IMG/VR virus record: IMGVR_UViG_3300025417_000022
Reading direction: 5' to 3' (one strand)
DNA from: an uncultured virus (IMG/VR IMGVR_UViG_3300025417_000022)
Lineage: Duplodnaviria > Heunggongvirae > Uroviricota > Caudoviricetes
DNA: 64,000 nt
Shown here: piece after piece, positions 10,640-20,073 of the stretch
Position numbering within the stretch: position 1 is the first letter of the stretch
Layout of the letters: the number at the start of each line of letters is the position of its first letter
Made by a program: the position numbers and the translations under genes
Notes under the pieces: generated by a model
The model's input: the letters and a program-made list of their open reading frames with translations, nothing else
What the model was told of the DNA's origin: nothing
The model's database searches: none

Positions 10640-11005
10640 ATGGTTATCGGTAGCTATCAACAGAACATAAAGTCACTACCAGCTTTAGCAAATACAAGAT
10701 ACGAGAATATCTTTAAATTGTATACTACTAATAATAGTCAGTATTATTATAATCTATTACAATCAATGTTTCTACCTGAAAATATTGATGAATCGGTAAT
10801 CTTCTATATGCCAGTAAAGCAATCACTGCCTTGGTCGATTATTAGCTATAACGCATACGGTACTATGGATTTATGGTGGCTTATAGCTTTGACAAATCAG
10901 ATCTATAACCCTGTAACAACGCCGGCTGCCGGGACAGTCTTAAAAGTTATAAGACCAGAATATGTAAGTTCTGTTTTAACAGAGATAAACAAAGCATTAC
11001 AATAA
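10640..11005 (+). CDS. Baseplate wedge protein (gp53-like, LysM-like)
   Basis: ISYNAYGTMDLWWLIALTNQIYNP..GTVLKVI is the gp53/LysM signature. Confidence 0.85.
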   Translation: MVIGSYQQNIKSLPALANTRYENIFKLYTTNNSQYYYNLLQSMFLPENIDESVIFYMPVKQSLPWSIISYNAYGTMDLWWLIALTNQIYNPVTTPAAGTVLKVIRPEYVSSVLTEINKALQ

Positions 11006-11006
11006 C

Positions 11007-12665
11007 ATGGCAGATATTACACAGAGTCCATTTGTACACAAAATCAATAATGATTATTATTGGTTTAGAGTTACGCTGTACGCAGCAAATAATACATACC
11101 AGGACATTACACCTACAGCAATAAAAAGCTTTGTGTTAGAGGATAGCTATGATGATTTTTATCACAAGGGATATATTGTTATTGATAATAAGTATGATGT
11201 TATTGAACGTTCGATTACACCGGTAACTGATACACAGGGACAGGTACAACAACAAAATGCCTTCCTACTTATGGGTGATGGTAGAGATTTTATTAATATT
11301 GAAATTATGCCTGTCGGCGGTACACAAAATGTTTCTAGCTGGAAAGATCAGACATTAATTTATCTGCAGGCAACAATCTATAATTCAGAAGATCTACCTT
11401 CTGATACTCCAGATGTAAAATTTAAAAAATTATATTTTAGAGACAAATATTTTGAATATTTGAGCGAACTCAACGTACAATGGAGTACATCAGATGTTGT
11501 ACAGAAAGAAATTAGTAATAATACACTACAGCCAGCTAATTTAAATAATCTCTCAAACAAGAATATAATTAATTTTAGCGATAAGCAGCGTGAAATACCG
11601 ACAGGTCAAGCTATAAAAGAATTTTTAGCAGCTTCACTTAAACCAACATCGTACGAGGCGTTATTTCCAGCAGCTGATTTTACTCAAACCAGTACAACAA
11701 CGACTGCAACGACAATGAATACTAACGACCCGTATTGGGACGCCGGTCAGTCAACAATTTTCTTTTCAACGCCAGCTAAATTTAAAGCATTAGATTCTTT
11801 AAGTTATCTAATGAATCACCACGTGTCATCTGACGCTTCACTTGGTCAATCATTTTTACGTTTAGATCGTGCTAATAGATGCTTTACACTTACACCGATT
11901 AGTAATATTTTTAATAATGCAGTAAACGGCAATACTGGTGGTAATCTTTATATTGAAACTGTACTTCTCGGTGGATTGTCAGAAAACAGTACCGCGCTAA
12001 CAAGTATAATAACTCAGCAATCTGATTTTGTACCTACACAATCTGCCATTCAACTTGCTGACGCTGGTACAACAAAGAATTTTACACTTGATCCATCTGT
12101 GGGTGAAATAACTAGAAAAGAGATAGGATCAAAATTTGTACATAGTTACGATTATACAGATAAGCAATTCAACGTTGATGTTGCACTAAATAGTGTTATA
12201 AATGTTTTTGGTTCAATATACAGAAGCTATGTAAAACCAGTAAAAAACAGCAGTTGGGTATCGATTGTACCGGGTCAACTGCGAGCAGCAAACTATAACG
12301 TAGAGCACGTTTTTTCAAATATCGACGACGATCCTATAAAGCGTTTAACCACAGGACTGCATAAATCTCTTTACGCAAATATTTTCGGAAATAATCAAAT
12401 TAAATTTAATATTCAAGGATTCACAGCACGTCAAGCTGGTAAATTTATTGGTATCTCAAGAGAAGGGTCATCGCCAGTAAATCAATTTGATCAAAAATAT
12501 CTAGGTGTGTATTTTATTACAAATGTTAAGCATATTTTTGAAGGTAATGCATATAGAAACGAAGTTACCTGTATTAAAACATATACAGAGGTCGATGTAT
12601 ATAATGCCGGGCAAATAAGTTCACCTAACCCGGTTGATCAAATGGCAAAACAAGTTATAAAATAA
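11007..12665 (+). CDS. Baseplate hub protein (gp27-like)
   Basis: FVLEDSY..KGYIVID at the N-terminus and IQGFTARQAGKFI..LGVYFITNVKHIF at the C-terminus. Confidence 0.7.
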   Translation: MADITQSPFVHKINNDYYWFRVTLYAANNTYQDITPTAIKSFVLEDSYDDFYHKGYIVIDNKYDVIERSITPVTDTQGQVQQQNAFLLMGDGRDFINIEIMPVGGTQNVSSWKDQTLIYLQATIYNSEDLPSDTPDVKFKKLYFRDKYFEYLSELNVQWSTSDVVQKEISNNTLQPANLNNLSNKNIINFSDKQREIPTGQAIKEFLAASLKPTSYEALFPAADFTQTSTTTTATTMNTNDPYWDAGQSTIFFSTPAKFKALDSLSYLMNHHVSSDASLGQSFLRLDRANRCFTLTPISNIFNNAVNGNTGGNLYIETVLLGGLSENSTALTSIITQQSDFVPTQSAIQLADAGTTKNFTLDPSVGEITRKEIGSKFVHSYDYTDKQFNVDVALNSVINVFGSIYRSYVKPVKNSSWVSIVPGQLRAANYNVEHVFSNIDDDPIKRLTTGLHKSLYANIFGNNQIKFNIQGFTARQAGKFIGISREGSSPVNQFDQKYLGVYFITNVKHIFEGNAYRNEVTCIKTYTEVDVYNAGQISSPNPVDQMAKQVIK

Positions 12666-12666
12666 A

Positions 12667-15600
12667 ATGGCTAATTCCTTAACATCTGTAGCACAAGCAG
12701 CGACACAATTTGCAGTCAATTCAAATGCAAATAAAGATCTTTCGCGTACACCGAACACAAAGATCATTACAACAATTCCTAGTCTAGCTGATATTAATAT
12801 CACAAGCAGTGTTGATTCATTACAAAATGATACTAACTTTTTTGAAATTTTACCCGCGACAACAGCTACATTTCAAACCGGTGGCGTTAACACAACCGGT
12901 ACATCAACATCTCTCATAACAGTCAATGAAGTACAAATAGCTGTTAATTATAGAAATGCATTTAAGAGCGGAGCTCCTCTTACTGAGTATTGCAATTTCT
13001 TTAACATGCTTCAAGCTAACCTAGCAAACGTTAGCGCCGGCTCTCAGAGTGTGCCTCTCGATGGTATACTCTTTTGGGTTAAGAAGTATTTTGCACTACC
13101 AAATTTAACATCATTTTTAAATTCTAAAACATCGTATTTAAATGTAATAAGAAGTGTTTCAACATTAAACTCTATACAACTCAATAGTGTTCTATTACAG
13201 TTTAAATCCGACCCATCTTCTCTTTTTTATTCATTTAGTGATAGTATCGGTCTATTAGCTAATTCTAAGTTTCACCAGTTAGACAGTACAGCGCCTATTG
13301 CTGATATTAGTCAGCAGCTTTATGGTGTACCAATTCCATTTTCCGCTAATATGGAAAATAAAGTCGGTAATACGTCGCGTAATCTAATGTATAATCTTAG
13401 TAAGGGATGTACAGCGCTAATGAGACATAATCTCTTTAACGTTGCATATACAGGCGCAATAAATTTAAAAAACATACCTGTTGATGGTACTCTCGCCCAT
13501 GGTCTTAATTTAATTAATGACTCTGCATTCTTTGTTAATTTTAATAAAGCAACTGCTTCCCGCGCTAGTATTGTAGAGAGTGTTTTTAGTGGTTTAGGCG
13601 GTAAATTAAGCAGTTTTGTAAAATTCTGTAACACCATTGGTAATAATAGCGCGTTAAACTTAAGAGATGTTTATGCACCAATTGATGGGTATGATAAAGA
13701 CTTCACGGTAAAACCAACATCTACCGATCTTAGTATATCATCTGAGGATCAGAGTATATTAAATAATCAGCTAAACGAGCAATTAGCGTTTGATCAGGCA
13801 AATAACGACATTTTAAGAAACCTTTACGGTCCCTCTGCAAACTTACAGGCATCACCGTATCTTCTAGATAAAACAACTATATTAAAAGGACCGGAATATA
13901 TTCAGACAATCGGCGCTGATGGCAGTATTACATATACTCCTTCTAATGGTGCAATTTTTGGTCCAAACATCAACCAAACACATATATCAGAGAGCACTGG
14001 CGGTGGTAGCGGAGGTATCGGTAACGGTGTTATAACCGGCGGCTCATATTACGCATCACCTGGGGTAACACAAGCATTATCGATCATTGGAACAGGTGAA
14101 ACAGGTTTTAATGAAAATGGAATAAACGGTGCGACCAGTAATGCTAATAATCAAAGAGAAAATAACGCCACTATACGCAAGTTGATGAACGCGAATCCAT
14201 CGCTTAGCTTGGCAGCTGCCCAAGCAATAGGAGGTGATTACGGGTATTTTCAAAATAATTCACAAAATTCTGATCAATTATATAATGCATTAATTAAAAA
14301 TGGATTTGATGACGCAACAGCATCATATTATGCTGATGCATTGAGTAATGGTGGAGGTAAGGGCAATGCCGATACCGGTCAAAGTTATTCTGTACAGGAT
14401 CAGGCTCAAGCAACTGCATATTATATGCAGTATTATTTTCCAAAACAGTACAATCTACTCAATTCACTCAATCCTTCCGATCCAAATTATCAACAAAATG
14501 TTGAAAGTATTACCGCAACAATGGGTATATGGTACGGTATACCTAACGGTATAGCATCCGGTGGTTCAAATCCATCAAGTCGAGGTGTACAAATTCTAAC
14601 CGGTGGTACATCCAGTACTGCTCCAAATGCCCCTGCATCTTCATCCGAGCCACTTTATGATACAAATGGTAACTATGTTGGACCGAATAGCTCTGTTACA
14701 CCTGCTGCAGCACCATCAACACAAACAACACCATCATCTGATACAACATCCATTTATGTTCAAGGCAATTATGTCGGGTATATGCAGAACGGAGCATTTA
14801 CACTCGATACAAATACATATTTTGTAGATTCGGAAGGATTAATACATGCAAAAAGTTATCCTAATGAAATAGGAACAAGTATTGGCGTAATTGGCACGGA
14901 AACAGGCACGTTTAAACCTGTAAATGCACCGACAGATCAAAACAATAATATTATTAGCACCTTAACAACAACAGATCAATACGGTCAAATAGTAGGTGCG
15001 CTTATCCCTGTTGCAGGTGGTCCAGCTGCAGCTACAGCAGCTCAGACCGCTCAAACTAACCCACAGACTGCTGAAACTACACCGCTTCAGGCTACAGCTG
15101 CAGATGAAGCTGGTCTCTACAACGGTGATGGTGCTACACAGGTTGTAAATAATTCACCGAGTAAGCCAAACTCTGTTTACGTGATTTCAGCTGGTACAAA
15201 TGACGGTACAGAAAATTTCAATACAAATCCGAATTATAATGGTACAGGTAACAATTATTACACTGTGTTTAATAATATTCAGACGATGATTGATAATGCA
15301 CCTGCTGGCTCAACCGTTGTCATATATCCACCGAACCCAGGTAACCCAGCTTATCAGGCAGTTATAGATGCAGCAAATGATAGAGGTGTATCTATTATTA
15401 ATACATCTGGACTAAGCTACACGACAGATAATGGTGTACCGGGCGGTGCTCATTTGGCAACCGATGCAAGTATCAAGAATGTTGCAAATCAAATTAATGC
15501 TATTGCTCAAGGCGCACCTGTGACGTATTTAACAGATAGTAGAGTAACGCAATTAAATGATATAGGGTTAGTACCTGGATCAGCTATTATCGGATTTGGC

Positions 15601-16992
15601 CAAAACAATAGCGGTATTGGCATACAAGCAAAGGATGGTGTTAGCGGTGCAAGTACGAGACAATTAGTACAACTACAGGCAAGTAAAGGCGGTACTTCTA
15701 CACCTGCTCCTATAACATCCAGTCAGACATCAACTCAACCTACTAGTCAGGCTCAACCGACTCCAACCAGTGGCACGCCTGCTTCACTTACTAAGGTATA
15801 TGAAAATCCGAATCAAAATACCGCTACAGTTCCATCAGCACCCGCAGCTAGTGTAACATCCAGTACAGCTGCGGCCGGAGCAGCAGCATCAACCGCTACA
15901 CTTTCTCTTACTTCTTCAGCAATACCAGGTCTCACCCCATCCATTGCTGAGGCAGGTCTTGCAAGTAATAGGCCGTTTAGTAACAGACAGCGTGCAGTGC
16001 CATTAATCTTTACTATCCGAGTTGAAGATATTTCAGGTAAATCACCAGTAAGAATATCTGTTGATTACCTTCTTAAGAAAGTTGTTCTCAATAACGCTAA
16101 TACAGTAAAGACAAACTATGTATTGAATTCTAATAATGTTAATGCCGGTACAAGACCGTTATCGACTGGTAATCAAGGCCAAACTGCTGAATCACTTGTA
16201 CAAAGAATACAGCAATATGTATCTAGGGGTTTAGCTGCTGCATCCGCGACATTAAAGAATGACCCTGTAGGTGTACTTTCATCCCTCGGCATTAAACCAA
16301 CTGATCCGATCTTCGGTGCTGTAACAAATCAAATAACTAATATCTTTAAACAGCAAACACTCACTTCATCTAGCTTTAATAATCTACTAGGTAGTTTAGT
16401 AAACGCAGCTTCAACAAGGCTTCCTGGAAACTTAGCTGTTGATTTCTCTGCAAGTACTGCTGTTTACGATACACTGGCAGGTCAGGTAGGTGCCGGTATC
16501 TTACCATCATCATCGCAGATTGGTGAAGCAATATTAAGTACACTCAATCCGTTTAATTATATCGATATTAATGGCGGTAAGCCATTAGAAATACCTAGTA
16601 TTAGCTTAGGATCAATCGGTAACATACTCACATTGACACAGAACTTTGTAACTACCGGTGGATACACTTCACCTTCATCTATTATTGACTTTATATCAGC
16701 AATTAAGGATCAAATCTGTACGTTCGCTGTTCCTGTAATCGATACAATCAATAAGTTGAAACTATTATTAACCAATAAGACCAAGCCTATAGATATACCT
16801 AAGTTGTTATCTAATTACCTACACGACCTCGGTACAAGAATTGCAAACTTCTTTACTACAGATAATATCTACAAGACAATTGTTAAGCCTCTTGAAGACG
16901 CTATTGCACAATATTTTGTTAATCTTTACAAGAAGTTATTTGTCTGCGATCAAAATACTAAGTCAAATAAATCCGGTAAAAAGACACCGTAA
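12667..16992 (+). CDS. Large baseplate/hub-associated protein with central lysozyme-like and SGNH-like domains, 1441 aa
   Basis: Follows the gp27-like gene. IIGTGETGFN and DYGYFQ (lysozyme-like); SAGTND, D..H, TDS and GVSGAST (SGNH blocks); P/S/T-rich linkers. Confidence 0.55.
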   Translation: MANSLTSVAQAATQFAVNSNANKDLSRTPNTKIITTIPSLADINITSSVDSLQNDTNFFEILPATTATFQTGGVNTTGTSTSLITVNEVQIAVNYRNAFKSGAPLTEYCNFFNMLQANLANVSAGSQSVPLDGILFWVKKYFALPNLTSFLNSKTSYLNVIRSVSTLNSIQLNSVLLQFKSDPSSLFYSFSDSIGLLANSKFHQLDSTAPIADISQQLYGVPIPFSANMENKVGNTSRNLMYNLSKGCTALMRHNLFNVAYTGAINLKNIPVDGTLAHGLNLINDSAFFVNFNKATASRASIVESVFSGLGGKLSSFVKFCNTIGNNSALNLRDVYAPIDGYDKDFTVKPTSTDLSISSEDQSILNNQLNEQLAFDQANNDILRNLYGPSANLQASPYLLDKTTILKGPEYIQTIGADGSITYTPSNGAIFGPNINQTHISESTGGGSGGIGNGVITGGSYYASPGVTQALSIIGTGETGFNENGINGATSNANNQRENNATIRKLMNANPSLSLAAAQAIGGDYGYFQNNSQNSDQLYNALIKNGFDDATASYYADALSNGGGKGNADTGQSYSVQDQAQATAYYMQYYFPKQYNLLNSLNPSDPNYQQNVESITATMGIWYGIPNGIASGGSNPSSRGVQILTGGTSSTAPNAPASSSEPLYDTNGNYVGPNSSVTPAAAPSTQTTPSSDTTSIYVQGNYVGYMQNGAFTLDTNTYFVDSEGLIHAKSYPNEIGTSIGVIGTETGTFKPVNAPTDQNNNIISTLTTTDQYGQIVGALIPVAGGPAAATAAQTAQTNPQTAETTPLQATAADEAGLYNGDGATQVVNNSPSKPNSVYVISAGTNDGTENFNTNPNYNGTGNNYYTVFNNIQTMIDNAPAGSTVVIYPPNPGNPAYQAVIDAANDRGVSIINTSGLSYTTDNGVPGGAHLATDASIKNVANQINAIAQGAPVTYLTDSRVTQLNDIGLVPGSAIIGFGQNNSGIGIQAKDGVSGASTRQLVQLQASKGGTSTPAPITSSQTSTQPTSQAQPTPTSGTPASLTKVYENPNQNTATVPSAPAASVTSSTAAAGAAASTATLSLTSSAIPGLTPSIAEAGLASNRPFSNRQRAVPLIFTIRVEDISGKSPVRISVDYLLKKVVLNNANTVKTNYVLNSNNVNAGTRPLSTGNQGQTAESLVQRIQQYVSRGLAAASATLKNDPVGVLSSLGIKPTDPIFGAVTNQITNIFKQQTLTSSSFNNLLGSLVNAASTRLPGNLAVDFSASTAVYDTLAGQVGAGILPSSSQIGEAILSTLNPFNYIDINGGKPLEIPSISLGSIGNILTLTQNFVTTGGYTSPSSIIDFISAIKDQICTFAVPVIDTINKLKLLLTNKTKPIDIPKLLSNYLHDLGTRIANFFTTDNIYKTIVKPLEDAIAQYFVNLYKKLFVCDQNTKSNKSGKKTP

Positions 16993-16997
16993 AAGAA

Positions 16998-17468
16998 TTA
17001 ATTTTCTAGACGTCTATCAGCAACGATTTCTGCTTCAATTGGCTTAGCTTTATTGATAAGCATCTTTAAAGCTTCCTCTCTTGTAAGAGCCATTTTTGTT
17101 TGAGTCTCTGCAGCAAATAATTCCTTCTTTGCATCTACATCCATTTGTTTTACCTTTAAAACTGTCTCGTTCTTTTTACCGGAGAGAATAATTTTGTTCA
17201 TGCCATCGATAGCGTTTGAGGTAGCCGTAATGAGAGCGGCAAAAGCTTCAACGTTCTTGCTATCTGGTGCTGCTAAAATATCATTGCGTATTGTCTGTAC
17301 TGTTTCTAAGGAATCGCGGATAAGATCACTGCCCGATCTAATTACAAAATCTTCCAGTTCTTCTTTCTTTATCGGATCACGCTCAACCTGAGCCTGTTCA
17401 ATAGTGCTATTAGTATCCTTAAGTTGTGAGAGTAAATCGTTTACCGCTTCTTGTTCAAAATCATCCAT
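16998..17468 (-). CDS. Probable terminase small subunit (gp16-like)
   Basis: EDFV..DLIRDSLETV..APDSKNVEAFAALI..IDGMNKI follows the gp16 helical pattern. Start taken at MDDFEQ, downstream of TAAATA at 17483-17488. Confidence 0.55.
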   Translation of the reverse strand: MDDFEQEAVNDLLSQLKDTNSTIEQAQVERDPIKKEELEDFVIRSGSDLIRDSLETVQTIRNDILAAPDSKNVEAFAALITATSNAIDGMNKIILSGKKNETVLKVKQMDVDAKKELFAAETQTKMALTREEALKMLINKAKPIEAEIVADRRLEN

Positions 17469-17495
17469 ATAGTATGTTAAATTATTTATCCTTAG

Positions 17496-17523
17496 TTGAT
17501 TTTTATTAAAGAGGGTACATAAT
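17496..17523 (+). promoter_or_regulatory. sigma70-type promoter (TTGATT-N16-CATAAT) for dut and clamp loader
   Basis: -35 and -10 boxes lie 6 nt before the ATG at 17530. Confidence 0.55.
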
Positions 17524-17529
17524 AAGCTC

Positions 17530-17994
17530 ATGTATTATTCAGATAAAAACGATAGTAATATTCAATTTTTGCCTATCTTAAAATTCGAAAAGACGCATGA
17601 AGAGGCTAAGCTTCCTACTAAGAATCACGAGAACGACACGGGCTATGACGTATATAGCGTTGAGAATAAGGTTATACCTGCAAGAGGTAGCGCTGTCGTT
17701 AATGTAGGGCTGAAGTTTGCTAGTATTCCGGAAGGTTATTGGATTAAAGTTGAAAGCCGTTCTGGTTTAGGGTTTAAACACGGTATTCATGCCCATCCAG
17801 GCATTATTGATCAGGGTTATAGAGGAGATGCAGGCATCAAGCTGTATAATAATACAGACACAGATTACGAGGTAAAGCAAGGTGATAGAATTGCTCAATT
17901 TGTTGTATATTTCAATATTCATATGCCTGTAGAATGGGGCACAGTTGAAGAAACATCGAGGGGTGAAAAGGGTTTTGGCTCTTCTGGTAAGTAA
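17530..17994 (+). CDS. dut: dUTPase (trimeric)
   Basis: GYDV, SRSGLG, GIIDQGYRG, GDRIAQ and RGEKGFGSSG motifs. Confidence 0.97.
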   Translation: MYYSDKNDSNIQFLPILKFEKTHEEAKLPTKNHENDTGYDVYSVENKVIPARGSAVVNVGLKFASIPEGYWIKVESRSGLGFKHGIHAHPGIIDQGYRGDAGIKLYNNTDTDYEVKQGDRIAQFVVYFNIHMPVEWGTVEETSRGEKGFGSSGK

Positions 17995-17996
17995 TT

Positions 17997-18923
17997 ATGG
18001 ATTATAATTTTAACTCTCTTTGGGTCGAAAAATATAGACCTAAGACATTAGAAGATTTTATTTGCACGGAAGCAAATAAAGATATTATTGCTTCTTTTAA
18101 GAATAAGGAAGAAATACCAAACTTACTCTTCACCGGTACACCAGGTCTTGGTAAGACAACGCTTGCAAAGATTATTGTCAATGATATTCTTGGTTGTCAA
18201 TATCTTTACATAAATGCATCAGACGAAAACGGTATTGATACTATTCGTACAAAGGTTACGAGCTTTGCCCAGACCAAGAGTATTGACGGTAAAATTAAGG
18301 TCATTATTTTAGACGAGGCAGACGGACTCTCTATTGATGCACAGCGTGTATTGCGCAATACAATGGAAGAATTTGCGCGCATTACACGATTCATTCTTAC
18401 AGCTAATTACAAATACAGGGTTATACCTGCACTGCAGAGTAGGTGTCAGAGCTTAGAGCTTACACCGCCCTTGGAGCTGGTTGTTAAGCGCTGTGCTCTT
18501 GTTCTGAAGAAAGAAGGTATTGAAATACCAACAGAGCAAAAAGTTAAATTTATTGAGTTTGTAAAGGCTAACTACCCAGACTTGAGAAAGTGTATTAACG
18601 AGTTACAGAAATTTACCTCTACAGGTAAGCTAACTCTCATTGATGTAAAAAACGACGATACACTAAAGCTAATTTATACCGAGATAAAAAATAAGAATAT
18701 TATCTCTCTAAGAAAGGCATTAATTGAAAATGAACATCTTTTTAATGCTGATTATGTTTCACTGTTACGGAACTTATTCAATTATATTGATAAAGAAGAA
18801 CAGAATGCAGATTTAAAGAAGCAATTCCTTATTACTATTGCCGAACATATCTATAGATCAAGCTTTGTTCTTGACCAAGAGATTAATTGCTACTCTTGCT
18901 TAATACAATTATCTAACTTCTGA
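17997..18923 (+). CDS. gp44: Sliding clamp loader ATPase subunit (gp44/RFC-like)
   Basis: WVEKYRP, GTPGLGKT, INASDENG, LDEAD and SRC motifs. Confidence 0.95.
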   Translation: MDYNFNSLWVEKYRPKTLEDFICTEANKDIIASFKNKEEIPNLLFTGTPGLGKTTLAKIIVNDILGCQYLYINASDENGIDTIRTKVTSFAQTKSIDGKIKVIILDEADGLSIDAQRVLRNTMEEFARITRFILTANYKYRVIPALQSRCQSLELTPPLELVVKRCALVLKKEGIEIPTEQKVKFIEFVKANYPDLRKCINELQKFTSTGKLTLIDVKNDDTLKLIYTEIKNKNIISLRKALIENEHLFNADYVSLLRNLFNYIDKEEQNADLKKQFLITIAEHIYRSSFVLDQEINCYSCLIQLSNF

Positions 18924-19517
18924 CTTAGGTAAGTAATTTGCTGTATAAGAAGCTGGGTCATTGTGACCTTTTGCTGTCATACCAGGAATTTTTACGTTCT
19001 TATCTGATAGTGAAGTTACAGACTTTGTATCCTTCTTATTACCTAGATCAGCTGTGCGTGTTCTACCTGGACCGTAGAAAGGTACTTCTTCATCTTCACT
19101 CTTTACTTCTACAGGATCGATCTGTACCTTGTTATCGTATTTAAATTGATCAGGTACATCAGGAAGATTAGGATAAACATCGACTAATGCTAATAGCATC
19201 TGTGGAACAGTAATGGTACCGGTGATACGAGCACCGCCCTGATCCTCACCTACTTCAACATAAAACGTAAAGCCATTATCATCTGGGTTACCAGCACCCA
19301 TTACAGCTGGCATTGTTGATTTCACGTTAACTACTCTAAGATTCTTTCCACTTTTAATCATGCGCTCTACTTCTTTCTTATACTCATCATGTACGTCGTT
19401 GAAGCACTTATGATTAAGAGCATTATCTATAAACTTTACAACATCACCTGCTAAGAAACCACTGTGATTATAGCGGGTCAATGTACTTTCATAGAGCTTT
19501 AAGAATCTTTTATTCAT
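18909..19517 (-). CDS. Hypothetical protein (late-expressed)
   Basis: 202-aa ORF with TAAATA-N6-ATG. Confidence 0.7.
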   Translation of the reverse strand: MNKRFLKLYESTLTRYNHSGFLAGDVVKFIDNALNHKCFNDVHDEYKKEVERMIKSGKNLRVVNVKSTMPAVMGAGNPDDNGFTFYVEVGEDQGGARITGTITVPQMLLALVDVYPNLPDVPDQFKYDNKVQIDPVEVKSEDEEVPFYGPGRTRTADLGNKKDTKSVTSLSDKNVKIPGMTAKGHNDPASYTANYLPKSEVR

Positions 19518-19585
19518 TATAATTATTTATGTTTTTGCTATTGTAGAACTGTTTTTAAAATCTTAAAAACGAGATAAATATTTAT

Positions 19586-20071
19586 ATGCCGAGTATTGTA
19601 CTGCAATCACTTTCGAAACCTCAGACTTCTACACAAGGCTATACGTATAGTGATCTGCATCTCGATTTAACTTATAAATATACAAGAAACAATCAACTAC
19701 TTAAGACACAGGAAGTTAAAGATGTTGTTGCAGACTTTGATTATGCTGCAATTAGAAACTCGATTTACAATTTATTTACCACGGTACCAGGGCAAAAAAT
19801 TTTAAATCCCCAATACGGGTTAAACTTATTGCAGTATGTCTTTAGACAGTGTGATACTCTAACAGCTAGCTTAATAGCAAGAGAAATTCTGGCCGGGATT
19901 ACCAAATATGAACCACGTATAAAAGTTCCACAAGGTGGTATCTCGGTAATGGCTGATCCTGATAATAATCAATTTCTTATTACCCTTACCATCACTGTAC
20001 CATCTGTAGGTTTAGATAGCTTTAAACTGGTAGGAACATTAAGTAATTCTGGCTTCTTTTATAACGCATAA
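19586..20071 (+). CDS. gp25: Baseplate wedge subunit (gp25-like)
   Basis: YSDLHLDL, AIRNSIYNLFTTVPGQKILNPQYG and YEPRI. Confidence 0.93.
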   Translation: MPSIVLQSLSKPQTSTQGYTYSDLHLDLTYKYTRNNQLLKTQEVKDVVADFDYAAIRNSIYNLFTTVPGQKILNPQYGLNLLQYVFRQCDTLTASLIAREILAGITKYEPRIKVPQGGISVMADPDNNQFLITLTITVPSVGLDSFKLVGTLSNSGFFYNA

Positions 20072-20073
20072 TT

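Noticed and set aside
12667..16992. Calling the 1441-aa protein gp5
   Set aside because: No recognisable gp5 OB-fold or beta-helix repeats, so it is left as hub-associated.
17469..17531. Longest-ORF starts at 17531, 35422 and 35830
   Set aside because: They overlap neighbouring genes or promoters; the downstream starts 17468, 35380 and 35890 fit the motifs better.
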